From: an uncultured Gemmataceae bacterium
GTDB lineage: Bacteria; Planctomycetota; Planctomycetia; Gemmatales; Gemmataceae
Assembly: GCA_963750165.1 (NCBI GenBank)
Contig: CAVVPN010000011.1
Span: 704,001 to 768,000, forward strand
Direction: 5' to 3'
Length of the DNA: 64,000 nt
In this document: positions 11,101-23,400 of the stretch, one piece after another
How positions within the stretch are numbered: the first letter of the stretch is position 1
Layout of the letters: every line of letters starts with the position of its first letter
The notes under the pieces: model-generated
The model's database searches: none
Told to the model about the DNA's origin: nothing
The model's input: only the letters and a program-made list of their open reading frames with translations
Program-made: the position numbers and the translations under genes

Positions 11101-14100
11101 GCTGGGGTTGTTGTTCGCGTCGATGCTTTCGGTCAGGCGGTTGTCGGCGTCAAAGTAGCTCTTGGTCAGGTTGCCGTCCTCGTCTTTCGTGCCGGTCACG
11201 TTGCCGGCGTGGTCGTAGAAGGTGTAGCTGGACTTGCCGTTGCCGTCGATGGATTGTGTGAGCCGGTTGTCGGCGTCGTAGAGGTTCTGCGTCAGGTTGC
11301 CGTCCTCGTCCACCGTCCCCGTGACGTTGCCGGCGTGGTCGTAGTAGGTGTACGCGGGGTTGTTGTCGCCATCGACGGTCTCGGTGAGGCGGTTATCCGC
11401 ATCGAACAGGGACTTGGTGAGGTTGCCGTCCTCGTCCTCCATCCCGGTGACGTTGCCGGCGAAGTCGAAGAACGTGTAGCTGGCGTGGTTGTCGGCGTCG
11501 ATGCTTTCGGTGAGGCGGCCGTCCGCGTCGAAGAGGCTCTTGGTGAGGTTGCCGTCCTCGTCCTCCATCCCGGTGACGTTGCCGGCGTGGTCGAAGAAGG
11601 TGTAGCTGGGGTTGTTGTCGCCGTCGATACTTTCGGTCAGGCGGTTGTCGGCGTCAAAGTAGCTCTTGGTGAGGTTGCCGTCCTCGTCCTTCATCCCCGT
11701 CACGTTGCCGGCAAAGTCGTAGTACGTGTAGCTCGCCTTGCCGTTGCCATCGACCATCTCGGTCAGGCGGTTGTCGGCGTCGAAGTAGCTCTTGGTGAGG
11801 TTGCCGTCCTCGTCCTCCATCCCGGTGACGTTGCCGGCCAGGTCGAAGAACGTGTAGCTGGGGTTGTTGTCCCCATCAACGGTCTCGCTGACCCGGTTCA
11901 GGGCGTCGAACAGGCTTTTGGTGAGGTGGCCGTCCTCGTCCTTCATCCCCGTGACGTTGCCGTAGGCGTCCCAGAACGTGTAGCTGGCGTTGCCGTCGGC
12001 GTCGATGGTCTCCGTCAGCAGGTCGTCGTGGTTGTACAGGTACTGCGTCAGGTGGCCGTCCTCGTCCTCCGAGCCCGTCAGGTGGCCCGCCTGGTCGTAG
12101 TCGTCCTCGGTCGTGTAGCCGTCGGCGTCCTGCGTGCCCGTCAGGCGGTCGTCGCCGTCGTAGAAGCTCTTGCTGAGGTTGCCGTCCGCGTCCTTCGTGC
12201 CGGTGACGTTGCCGGCGTGGTCGTAGTAGGTGTAGCTGGACTTGCCGTTGCCGTCGATCACCTGCGCGAGCCGGTTGTCCGTGTCGTAGACGTACTGTGT
12301 CAGGTTGCCGTCCTCGTCCTCCGTGCCCGTGACGTTGCCGTCCTTGTCGTAGTAGGTGTAGCTGGGGTTGTTGTCGCCGTCGATGGTCTCGGTCAGCTGG
12401 CCGTCGTGGTCGTACAGGTCCTTGGTGAGGTGGCCGTCCTCGTCCTGCATGCCGCTGAGGCGACCGGCCAGGTCGAAGAAGCTGTAGCTCTGCTTGCCCA
12501 GCGCGTCCACCGACTCGGTGACCCGGCCCTCGGCGTCGAACAGGTCCGCCGTCAGGTTGCCGTCCGGGTCGGACGTGCCCGTCACCTCGCCGGCCGCGTC
12601 GCGGTACTCGGTGGTCGTCGCCGCTAGCGCCGTCCCCGCCGCCTCGGTGGTAGCCGTCAGCAGGCCGCTGTGGTCGTAGGCGTAATCCGTCTCGCGACCC
12701 AGTTCGTCGATGAGGCTCGTCTCGTCCCCGGCGGCGTCGTAGGCCAGCGTCTCGGTCAGCCCGCCCGGCCGCGTCACCGAGGTCTCGCGGCGCATGGCGT
12801 CGAAGGCGTAGGTGGTCGCGTCCCCCAGCGGGTCGGTCACCACCGTGGCGTTGCCGGCCGCGTCGTTGGTGTAGGTCGTCGTCCGGCTCAGGTCGTCGGT
12901 CTCACTGACCAGCTGCCGGGCGCTATTGTAAACGTACTCAGTGGTGTCGCCGTCGGGGTCGATCACCTCGGTCACCAGGCCGCCGGCGTACAGGTAGGTG
13001 GTCACGCCGCTGGTCGGGTCGGTGCTGGTCAGCAGGTCGCCGGTGGTCGGGTCGTAGGTGTTGTAGGTGGTGTCGCCGCGCTGGTCGGTCTGGGCCGTCA
13101 CCAGGTGGAAGGTGCCGTCGTAAGCGAACGTCTCGGTGTTGCCGTCGGCGTCGGTGACCTTCACCAGGTCGCCTTTGCCCGCGCCGTAGGCGTAGGCGTA
13201 GTCGGTGGCGTCGCCCAGCGGGTCCACGGCGCTCGTCACCTGGCCGGCGAAGTCGCGCAGCCACGACCACTCGGCGGCGTCGGGCGTCTCCAGGCCGGTG
13301 ATGCGGCCCTGCGTGTCCAGCGTGTAGGTGACGGCGTCGGCGCGGGCGTCGGTCAGCACGCCCACCACGTCCGCGGTGTTCACGGCCGGGGTGGTGGCCA
13401 GGGCGACGACGTTGGCCGGCGTCAGCGTCTGCTCACCCTCGGAGCCGGGCGTGGTCGCGGCGGCCGTGCCGGTGGTGGCGTCGTAGGCGTAGGTGCCGCT
13501 CAGCGGCCCCAGCGCCTCGGAGGTCAGGCGGCCGTCGGCGTCGTACCCGAACGTGTGGTTACCGCCGGCCGGGTCCTCCAGCAGCGTCAGGTCGCCGCCG
13601 CTGACCGTCGCCGACCACGTGCGGCTGCCGGGGGCCGCGATGGAGCTGAGCTTGTCGGAGCCGTCGTAGCTGAACGTGGCGCTGCTGCCGTCGGGGTCGT
13701 CGATGCCGGTGAGCAGGCCCGCGCCGTCGTACAGGAAGGTCCGCGTCAGGCCGTGCGGGTCGGTGATCGTGTCCAGCAGGCCGGTGCTGTCGAAGGCGTA
13801 CTCCAGCTGGCCCTTGGTCGTGTAGGTGTAGTCGCCGGTGGTGAGATCCTCGGTGAGGGTGCCGAAGTCGTTGGCCGGGTTCTGGAAGGTGCCGTCGCCG
13901 TTGGCGGCGAAGAAGCGGGCGCCGCCCGTGCCGTAGACGTAGAGCACGCCGCCCGTGACCGGCACCAGTTGGTCCAGCCCGGCCAGCGAGAAGCCGGCCC
14001 CGAACGGCGAGTTGTCCAGGGCCACCACCGCGGTGTTCCCGGAGACGGAGAAGTCGTCCACCGTGGAGCCGTAGGTCGCCTGGACCTCGAAGGTCCAGGC

Positions 14101-17100
14101 GTAGTAGCCGGTGGCGCTGACGGCGTAGGGCGCCTGCAGGGCCAGGGCGTAGGCGTCGTCGGCGCCGTGGCCGGTGGTGGCGAACGTGACCCAGCTGCCC
14201 GGCGTGCCGTCCCAGGTCAGCTGGGCCGCGAGGGAGTCGGGCACGCCCAGGGTCGGGTCGGGGGCGAAGTCCGCCTCGACGATCGGCTGCACGTCCACGG
14301 TCGAGCTGTGGTAGACCAGGGCCGGCTCGCCGCCCAGGGTCGGGTCGTCGGGGCTGCGGTCCAGGTCCAGCGGCACGGTCTGCTTGAGGTCACCGGTGGT
14401 GGGGGAGACCTGGGCCAGGCCGAAGGGCACCCACTCGGCCTGCTGCGGGTCGTCGGTGCGGACGGCGGCGGCCAGCGGCTGGACGTGGACCGTGACCGTG
14501 CCTGTGGCCGTGTACGTGCCGTCGCTGACCGTGTAGGTGAAGCTGTCGTCGTAAATCGCCGTCGGCACCGGCACGTAGGTGAACGAGCCGTCGGCGTTCA
14601 GCGTCAGGGTCGCCCCGGATGTCAGCGTGACGGCGACGCCCACGTCCGTGGCGCTGCCGTTCACCTTGGACACCGTGAGCGTGCCGCCCAGGCCGTCGTC
14701 ATTGTCGCCGGCCAGCACGCCGGTCCCCGGCCCCACCGCCAGCGTGGCGTCGCGCGTGATGCCGTAGCTGACGGCGTTGGCCACCGGCTGCGGGTGCTGC
14801 ACCTTCACCACGAAGGCGTCCGAGCCGCCCCCGCCGCTGGTCGTCTGGTACGCCCCCGACGTGACCGGGAAGTCGGTGGACGCCGTGGTGCCGACCACGT
14901 AGGCGTTGTCGGAGCCGTCCACGGCGATGCCCCAGCCGACGTCCTCGCCGCTGCCGCCGAGGTAGCTGGAGTAGCCGATCGTGTCCGTGGCGGCGTTGAC
15001 CCGCGTCACGTAGGCGTCCTCGTAGCCGCCCGGGCTGCCCTGGAAGGCGTAGGCCGTCGGGAAGCCGTATTGATCCGTGTAGCCGGTCACGTAGGCGTTG
15101 CCGTCGCCGTCCAGAGCCACGCCGTAGGCCGTGGTCGAGTAGGCGGTGCCGCCCAGGTAGCTGGAGAACAGCAGGGCGCTACCCGCGGCGTTGAACCGCG
15201 CCACGAAGGCGTTGGGGTTGTACGTGACGGTGCTCTGGAACGGGGACTGGGTGGGGAAGTCGGCGGAGAAGGTCCAGCCGACCACCCACGCCTGCCCGGA
15301 ACTATTCAGCGCGATGGCCGCGCCGAAGTCGTAGTACGAGCCGCCCAGGTAGGTGGAGTAGACCAGGGAGGAGCCGTCGGCGGACAGCTCGGTCACGAAG
15401 GCGTTGCTGTCCCCCGCCAGGCTCGTCTGGTACGCCCCAGAGGTGGTCGGGAAGTCGGTCGATTCCGTCACCCCCGTCACGAAGGCGTGGCCGCTGCCGT
15501 CCACGGCGATGCCGTAACCGACGTCGTAGTAACTGCCGCCCAGGTAGGTGGAGTAGTCGATGGCCGAGCCGGAGGCGCTGACCTTCATTACGAAGGCGTG
15601 GATGCCGCCCACCAGGCTCGTGTGGAACGCCCCGCTGGTGGTCGGGAAGAAGTTGGACGACGTGGAGCCGGTGAGGTAGGCGTTGCCGCTGGCGTCCAGG
15701 GCCAGGCCGCCGCCGGCCCCGACGTCTAGCACGTCGTAGCCGCTGCCCAGGTAAGTCGAGAACGCCAGCGCCGAGCCGCTGGCGTTCAGCTTGGTGAGAA
15801 AGATGTCCGAGCCGCCGACGAATGAGGACTGGAGCGCCCCGGAGGTGATCGGGAAGTCGGTCGAACTGGTCGTGCCCGCCAGGTAGACGTCGCCCGAGCC
15901 ATCGACGGCGAGGGCCGGGCCGATGTCCGCGGAGTCGTAGTTGCTGCCGCCCAGGTAGGTGGCGTACAGCAGGGTGCTGCCGGTGGGGTCGAACTTGGCC
16001 ACGTAGACATCGGTGTCGCCGGCGTTCGTGCTGTACAGGGGATCCTCGGTGGGCAGGTCGGTGGAGTAGGTGGAGCCCGCGACGTAGAGGTCGCCGCCGG
16101 GGCCGACGGCGATGCTGGAGCCGTAGTCGGCGCCGCTGCCGCCGAAGTAGCTGGCGAAGCTCAGGACGGGGTCGATGACCAGGGGCCGGCTGGCGTCGTA
16201 GGCGCCCAGGGCGACCGTCACCGTCCCGTCGGCCGCCAGGCTGTAGTGGGCCGCGACGGTCTGGCGTCCGTCGGGGCCGTCCTGGTAGGCGACCGGGGCG
16301 TGCTGCACGAGGTCGCCGCCGTTGGTGTGGACGACCAGGTCGCCCTGGCCGTCGAGGGCGAGGCCCTGCGCCCCCTGCAGGCCCACGTGGATGGCACCCG
16401 GGTCGGCGCCGGGGGAGACGACGAAGTCGTACTCCAACTGGTCTTGGGCGTTGCCGTAGTACAGCAGGTCGATGCCGGGGTAGACGTCGTCGTACCGCAC
16501 CTGGCCGTAGTTGACGACGTTGGTTTGCCAGCGGTCGGGGTCGTTGCCGAGGAAGTAGTTGGTCCGGGCCTGCAGCTCGTCCAGCCCCTCAGCCTGGGCG
16601 TCGGCGTTGGCGCCCTCCAGTTGCAGCCGCACCTCGGCGGTGTCGCGCGGGGCGGGGGCCGCTGGCCGCACCAGCCCCTGCGGCAACAGCGCGGCCGTGG
16701 GGGACTGCGCGACGGTGGTGGTGGTGAGGTCGGTCGTGGCCGGGCGGCTGAGGGCGATGACGGCCGCGTCCGCTTCGAGGTAGACGCCGGCGTCGGCGCC
16801 GCGGGCGACGAACTGGACCTGGGGGTCGGCCTGCCCCTGGTTGGCCTCGAAGCGCAGCGCCTGCGCGGCCAGGGCGGCGGCGGGCGGGGGCGTGAGGTTG
16901 GCCAGGACCAGGCGCCGCTCCAGTACGTCGAAGGCGGGACGGGTCTGGCGGAACAAGGGGCGGTCGGGGCGGCGCGGGCAGGCGCAGCCAGGCGGTCAGG
17001 CGGTCAGGCGGGCCAGTGCGGCGGCGGCCCGCTCCGACCAGTGGAAGAGCTGGTCGTAGAACCGGGTGCGGCGGAGCCAGACTCGGAGGTTGGTCGAGCG

Positions 17101-17103
17101 CAT
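5162..17103 (-). CDS. rhs: Giant polymorphic toxin: LExR leader, SBBP beta-propeller repeats, Ig/Big_9-like domain, RHS/YD repeats, RHS core, pre-toxin HINT, papain-like C-terminal toxin (frameshift ~5770; in-frame TGA at 16996-16998)
   Basis: VLERRLVLA; repeated YSTYLGGS; YD repeats; DPLGFDAGDSNLYRY...DPSGL (~7111-7125); HINT CFVAGT (6174) to VW[A]HN (5762); ORF 5162..5788 continues after one missing G. Confidence 0.9.
8700..12500 (-). repeat. Highly regular 126-bp (42-aa) YD tandem repeats with a near-identical 756-bp higher-order duplication
   Basis: Unit NVTGxxDxDGNLTKSxFDADNRLTESIDxxNNxSYxxxDxAG; identical stretch starts at both 10621 and 11377. Confidence 0.9.
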
Positions 17104-17437
17104 GGCGGTCCTTCACGGGGACGGCGCGGCCGCGTGGGTGGCGCCGGGCACGTACAGCCTGTTCCAGCGGAGCGTTGGCCGGCGTTGGGAAGGGAGGGCG
17201 GGGGCAGGCGCGTCGGAGGGTGCGGGCGCCTGTCCCGACCGGCTTACCGGGCGGCGAACGGTCCTGGTCCGAATTCACCGATTCACCAGACGAGGGGTGA
17301 AAGTAACCTGCCGGATTGCAGCTTGTCAAATGAAAAATCTCCGGAATTTAGAAAAAGGAGAAAATGTGCTCGCCGCCTGAAGTGGCGGGGCGGATAATGC
17401 CGGGGTCGCAAGTCCCGTCCGTGTCGAGAGCTCAAAC

Positions 17438-20400
17438 ATGCCCCGCCACCTGTACGGACCGGTTCGCCGGGCCTTCGCCGACGACCACCTGCGCGCCTTC
17501 CGCGCCCGCGGCGAGTGCCTGGCCTTCGGCCCCGAGCCGGGCCTGGATCTGACCGTGGGGCCGGCCGACTCCTGGGAAGAGATCCGGGCGCGGCTGCCCG
17601 CGGGCTGGGAGCCCGACTTCGTGGCGCTGCGCCCCGACGCCTACCTGCCGGTGCCGGCCGGGCTGTGGCCGGCACCGGTGCCGCTGGTGGCGCTGGCCGG
17701 CGACTGGCACCTGCTCTGGCACGCCCTGCGCCTGCAGCTGCCGCGCTGCGAACTGGTGCTGAGCGACGCCGCCGGGGCCGAGACCCTGGCGCGGCAGGGG
17801 CTGGGCCACGCCCGCCCGGCACTGCTCTACGGCTGCGGCGACTCCTGGGCCGATGCCGCCGCGCCGGACGGGCCGCGCGACCTGGACGTGGTCTTCGTGG
17901 GCAGCTGCCGGTCGGCCACCCAGGGCGGTCGGCTGCCCTGGCTGGCCCGCCTGGCGGCGCTGGCGGGCCGGCGGCGGGTGGTGATCGCCGCCGGCGTCTT
18001 CGGCGCCGACTACCGGGCGCTGCTGGGCCGCGCCAAAATCGTCTTCAACCACGCCGTCCGCGGCGAGTGCAACCAGCGCGTCTGGGAGGCCGTGGCCGCC
18101 GGGGCGCTGCTCTTCCAGGAGGCCGGCAACCGCGAGGTGCCCCGGCTGCTGGCCGACCGCCGCGAGTTCGTTGCCTACGACGACGCCAACCTGGAGGGGC
18201 TGCTCGACCACTACCTCGACCAGGAGGGCGAACGCCGCGCCGTCGCCGCCGCGGCCCGGTCCCGCCTGCCCGAGTTCACCTTCGCGCGCCTCTGGGGGCA
18301 ACAACTCGACCGGATCGACCGTGCCCTGCCCGGCCTGCGGGAGCGCGCCGGCCGGCGCCGGCAGGCCCCGGACGAGCTGCTGGCCCTGCGCCTGGGGCAG
18401 CTGCTGCACTGCCCGGCGGGGTCCGACCCCAACCTGGTGGCCGCGCTGCGCGTTGCCGCGGACGCCCGGCCGTCCGCGGCGGCGCTCAACGCCCTGGCCG
18501 TGGCCCTGGCCCACGGCGCCGGCGGGGCGGGGGCCGTGGGCGAGCCGCTGGGACTGCTGCGCCGCGCCGCGGCGGCCGACCCGGCGCACCCGGTCGTCGG
18601 CCTGAACCTGGCCGAGGCGCTGGCCGCCGCCGGTGACGTCGCCGCGGCGGCCCAACAGGCCCACCGCGTTGTGGGACTCCTGGACGGCCCCGGCGCCGAC
18701 GCGGCGGCCTGGGACGCGCCGCCGTGGCCGGCCGGGTTCGACCACCTGCGTGTCGCCTGGGAGCGGGCCGCCTGGCAGCACGCCGGCGATCCGGCCGCCG
18801 AGGCGCGGGCCAAGGCCGAGTTGGCACGCTGGCGGCTGCGCGCCCTGGTGGCCCGCCACAGCCGCCGGCCGGACGACTTCCGGGCGGCGGTGCGGGAGCG
18901 GCCGGACTTGCCGCCGACGCGGGCCGCCCTGGGGCTGGCCCTGGCCCACGCCGGCCGGCCGGCCGAGGCGTCGGCCGAGCTGCGGCTGGCGCTGGCCGCC
19001 GCCCCCTTCGACCGCCAGACCGCCCGCGCGCTGTACGCGGCGCTGGGGGCGGCCGCCGACTGGCCTGGGCAGCACCGGCTGGCCCACGACCGCCTGCGCC
19101 TGCACCGGGCGGCCCCCGGCCTGGTGCCGGCCGAGCCCTGGTTCCCCGACGGCCCCACGCCCGCCGCGGACGCCGCTACCCTTGCCGAGGGTCCGGTGGG
19201 GGTGGCATGGGAGGGGAACCTGTACGCGCTGTTCTCGATGGCCCTGGTCAACCGCGCCCTGGCCGCCCGCCTGTCGGGACACGGCATCGACCTGACGCTG
19301 TTGCCCACCGACCGGCCCGGCGCCGCGCCCCTGCCGCCGGAGCTGGCCGGGCGGTGCCACGACGCCCCGGCGGAGGGCGTGGAGGTCCACGTGCGGCACG
19401 GCTGGCCGCCGGACTGGTCGCCGCCGCCGTCGGGCCGCTGGGTGGTCTACCAGCATTGGGAGTACGGCAGCCTGCCCCGGGAGTGGCTGCGGCCCCTTGC
19501 CGAGCAGGCCGACGAGGTCTGGGTGATGAGCGCCTACGCCCGCCGCTGCTTCGTGCAGAGCGGCGTGCCCGCCGACCGCGTCTTCGTCGTCCCCGGCGGC
19601 GTGGACATCGCGGCGCTGACCCGGCCGCGGCCGCCCTTCCCGCTCCGAACTCAGAAGAGGTTCCGCTTCCTGTTCGTGGGCGGCACGCTGGCCCGCAAGG
19701 GCTTCGACGTGCTGCTGGCGGCCTACGCCCTCGCCTTCCGCCGGGCCGACGACGTTTGCCTGGTGGTCAAGGATCTGGGTGCCGCCTCCTTCTATCAGGG
19801 GCAGACGGCCGGGGAGGCGGTCGCCCGCCTTCAGGCGGACCCGGACGCCCCCGAGGTCGAGTACCTGGACCGCGACCTGGGCGAGGACGAACTGGCCAGC
19901 CTGTACCAGAGCTGCCACTGCCTGGCGTACCCGTACCGGGGCGAGGGGTTCGGGCTGCCGATCGCCGAGGCGATGGCCTGCGGCCTGGCAGTTATCGTCA
20001 CCGGCCACGGCGCCGCCCTCGACTTCTGCGACGAGCAGACCGCCTACCTGGTCCCCGCCCGGGAGCGGCGGTTCGCCCACAAGCGCGTGGGCGACCTGGA
20101 GACGGTGGATCACCCCTGGCTGGCTGAGCCTGACGCGGGCGTGCTGTGCCGCCTGCTCCGCCACGTCGTGGAACACCCCGAGGAGGCGCGGGCCAAGGGC
20201 CGGGCGGCCGCCGCGTACGCCGCCGCGCACCTCACCTGGGAACGGGCCGCCGACCGGGTGCTCGAGCGCCTGCGCCACCTGGGCCATCGGCCGACCCGCC
20301 GGCCGGGCCGGCCGGCGGCGGTCGCGCCCGCCCCCGCCGGACCCCGGCCGCGGGTGTCGCTGACGATGATCGTCAAGAACGAGGAGCAGAACTTGCCGGT

Positions 20401-23400
20401 CTGCCTGGCCTCGGTGGCCGACCTGGTGGACGAAATCGTCGTCACTGACACCGGCTCGACGGATCAGACCAAGGAGGTGGCCGCAAAGTTCGGGGCGAAG
20501 GTGGTGAACTTCGCCTGGCAGGACAGCTTCGCCGCCGCGCGCAACGCCGCGCTGGTGAACGCCACCGGCGACTGGGTGCTGTGGCTGGACGCCGACGAGC
20601 ACCTCGACGAGCAGAACCGCGGCCGGCTGCGCGCCCTGCTGGAGCGGCTGGGCCGGGAGAACGTCGGCTACCTAATGCGGCAGCACTCGCCGCTGGAGGG
20701 GCCGGGCCAGGCGGCCGTCGTGGACCAGGTGCGGCTCTTCCCGCGCCACCCGGGCCTGCGCTGGCGCCACCGCGTCCATGAGCAGATCCTGCCGGGGCTG
20801 CGCGAGCTGGGGGCCGACGTGCGGGCCAGCGGCGTGGTCGTCACGCACACCGGCTACACCGACCCGGCCCTGCAGGGACCCAAGGTTGAGCGCAACCTGC
20901 GGCTGCTGCTGCTCGACCACGCGGAGCACCCCGAGGAGCCGTTCACGCTGTACAACCTAGGGGCGGTGGCCCTGACGCGGAGGCGGCCCGCGGAGGCTCT
21001 GGACTGGCTGACGCGCAGCCTCCGGCACAGCCGGCCGCGCGACTCGCTGCTGCGCAAACTGCATGCGCTGCTGGCCCGCTGCCGCCACCAGCTGGGCCAG
21101 CCCGAGGAGGCGCTGGCGGCCTGCCGGGCGGGGCTGCGGCTCTACCCCGATGACGCCGAGTTGCTCTTCTGCGAGGCGGTGGTGCGCCGCGCCCGGCGGG
21201 ACCTGGAGGGGGCGGCGGCGTGCCTGCGGCGGCTGTTGCGGGCGCCGGCCCGAGTCAGCCTGTCCGGTGCCGACGCCCTGCTGCGCGGCCCCCGGGCGCA
21301 CCAGCAATTGGCCGAGGTGCTGCAGGAGCAGGGTCGGGCGGCCGAGGCGGAGGTACACTGGCGGGCGGCGCTGGCGGGCTGCCCGGCGCTGGCCGTCGCC
21401 CGGCTGGGGCTGGCGCGGCTGTACCTGGGGCAGGGCCGCTGGGACGAACTAGAGCGCGTCGTGGCAGGGCTGGGGGGCGAGCCGCGGCTGGCGGCGGAGG
21501 CGGCGCTGCTGCGCGGCGAGGGGCTGCTGGCCCGGCGGGAGTACGCGGCGGCCCGTGCGGCGCTGGCGGCGGCGGCCGCGGCCCGCCCGCGGGCAGTACG
21601 GCCGCGGCTGCTGCTGAGCCGCGCCTGGCTGCAGGAGGGCCGGGATCCGGAGGCCGCCGAGCGAGCGCTGCGCGACGTGCTGGAACTGGACCCCGGCCAG
21701 CCCGAGGCGCGGCACAACCTGGACGTGCTGCTGCGCGAACAGGGCAGGCCCGCGGGTGACGTCGCGGCGGGGGCGGTCGCGCGGCCGTGGGTCTCCGTTA
21801 CGATGATCGTCAAGGACGAGGAGGCAAACCTGCCCGACTGCCTGGAGTCGATCCGCGGCCTGGCGGACGAACTCATCGTCGTGGACACCGGCTCGTCCGA
21901 CCGCACGAAAGAAGTGGCGGCCCGCTACGGGGCGAAGGTGTACGACTTTCAGTGGCGGGACAGCTTCGCGGCGGCGCGCAACGAGGCGCTGCGGCACGCG
22001 ACGGGGGCGTGGGTCTTCTGGCTGGACGCGGACGACCGCCTCGACGAAGAAAACCGCGCGAAGCTCCGCGGCCTGTTCGCCACCTTGAAGGACGAGCCGG
22101 CGGCCTACCGGATGACGTGCCTGTGCCTGGCCGGGCCGGACGGCCGGGAGACCGAGGTAGACCACCTGCGGCTGTTCCGCAACCACCCGCAGCTGCGCTG
22201 GGACTACCGCGTCCACGAGCAGGTCCTGCCGGCGGTGCGCCGCCTGGGCCACGCGGTGCGCCGCGCGGGCGTGGTGGTCCGCCACGCCGGTTACCGGGAC
22301 CCGGCGGTGCTGGCTCGCAAGCGGGACCGCGACCTGCGCCTGCTGGAACTGGAGGCCCGGGAGCGGCCGGCCGACCCGTTCGTGCTGTTCAACCTGGGCC
22401 AGGCGCTGCACCACCGGGGGCGGACGGAACAGGCGCTGGCCTGCTTCCGCAAGAGCCTGGCGGGCTCGGCCCCCACGGACTCGATCGTGCGCAAACTGTA
22501 CGCACTGATCGCCCAGGGCCTGCTGCGGCTGGGCCGGACCCGCGAGGCGCTGGCGGCCTGCCGGGAGGGGCTGGGGCGCTGCCCGGACGACCTGGAGCTG
22601 CTGTTCGAGGAGGGGGCCCTGCTCCGCGGCCAGGGGGACGCGGCCGGGGCGGTGGCCTGCTGGGAGTGGTGCCTGCGGCTGCCGCCGGGGGAATACTTCG
22701 GCAGCGTCAACCCGGGGCTGCGCGGCCACGTCACTCGCCACCAACTGGCGCTGGCCTACCGCGACCTGGGGAGGCCGGCGGACGCCGAGGCGCAGTGGCG
22801 GGCGGCGCTGGCGGAGCGGCCCGACTACGAGCCGGCCTGGCGCGGCCTGGCCGAACTGCTCAACGCCCAGGAGCGCTGGGTCGAGGGGCGGGAACTGGCG
22901 CAGCAGGCGGCCGGTCCGATGGGGCTGCTGTTCGTGGCCTGCCTGCGCGGCCGCACCCAGCTGGCCCGCAAGAACTTCGCAGAGGCCCGCAGGCGCCTAT
23001 CCGACGCGGTGGAACGCTGGCCGCGGGCGGCCGAGCCGCGGGCGCTGCTCAGCCACGCGCTGCTGCAGGAGGGCCAGGACAGGCCGGCGGCCGAGCAGGC
23101 TCTGCGCGACCTGATTGGGGTGCACCCCGGCAACGACGAGGCGCGGAACAATCTCGCGGTACTGCTCCGCCGGCAGGGCCGCTTCGCGGACGGGGCGGTG
23201 CCGCCGGAGTTGACGCTGGCCGACCTGTACCGGAGGTTCTGCCGCGTGACGTCGGCATCGGGTGAGCAAATGTCGGCGCTGTACCTGCTGGCGCGGCAGT
23301 GCCGGCGCGTGGCCGTACTCGGCGCCGCGCGGGAAGGGGCCGTGACGGCGCTGCTGTTCGCCGGCCCCGCCGCCCTGACGTTGTGCGGCCTGACGCGCCC

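Noticed and set aside
8700..12500. RHS repeats as CRISPR or DGR template/variable repeats
   Set aside because: In-frame coding repeats; no reverse transcriptase and no adenine-specific pattern evident.
8143..15729. Long plus-strand ORFs (1494 aa, 1019 aa) and similar antisense ORFs at 17432-20602, 51064-53259 and 60330-63266
   Set aside because: Shadow frames of GC-rich real genes; no domain signal, except the short zinc-ribbon gene at the end of 51064-53259.
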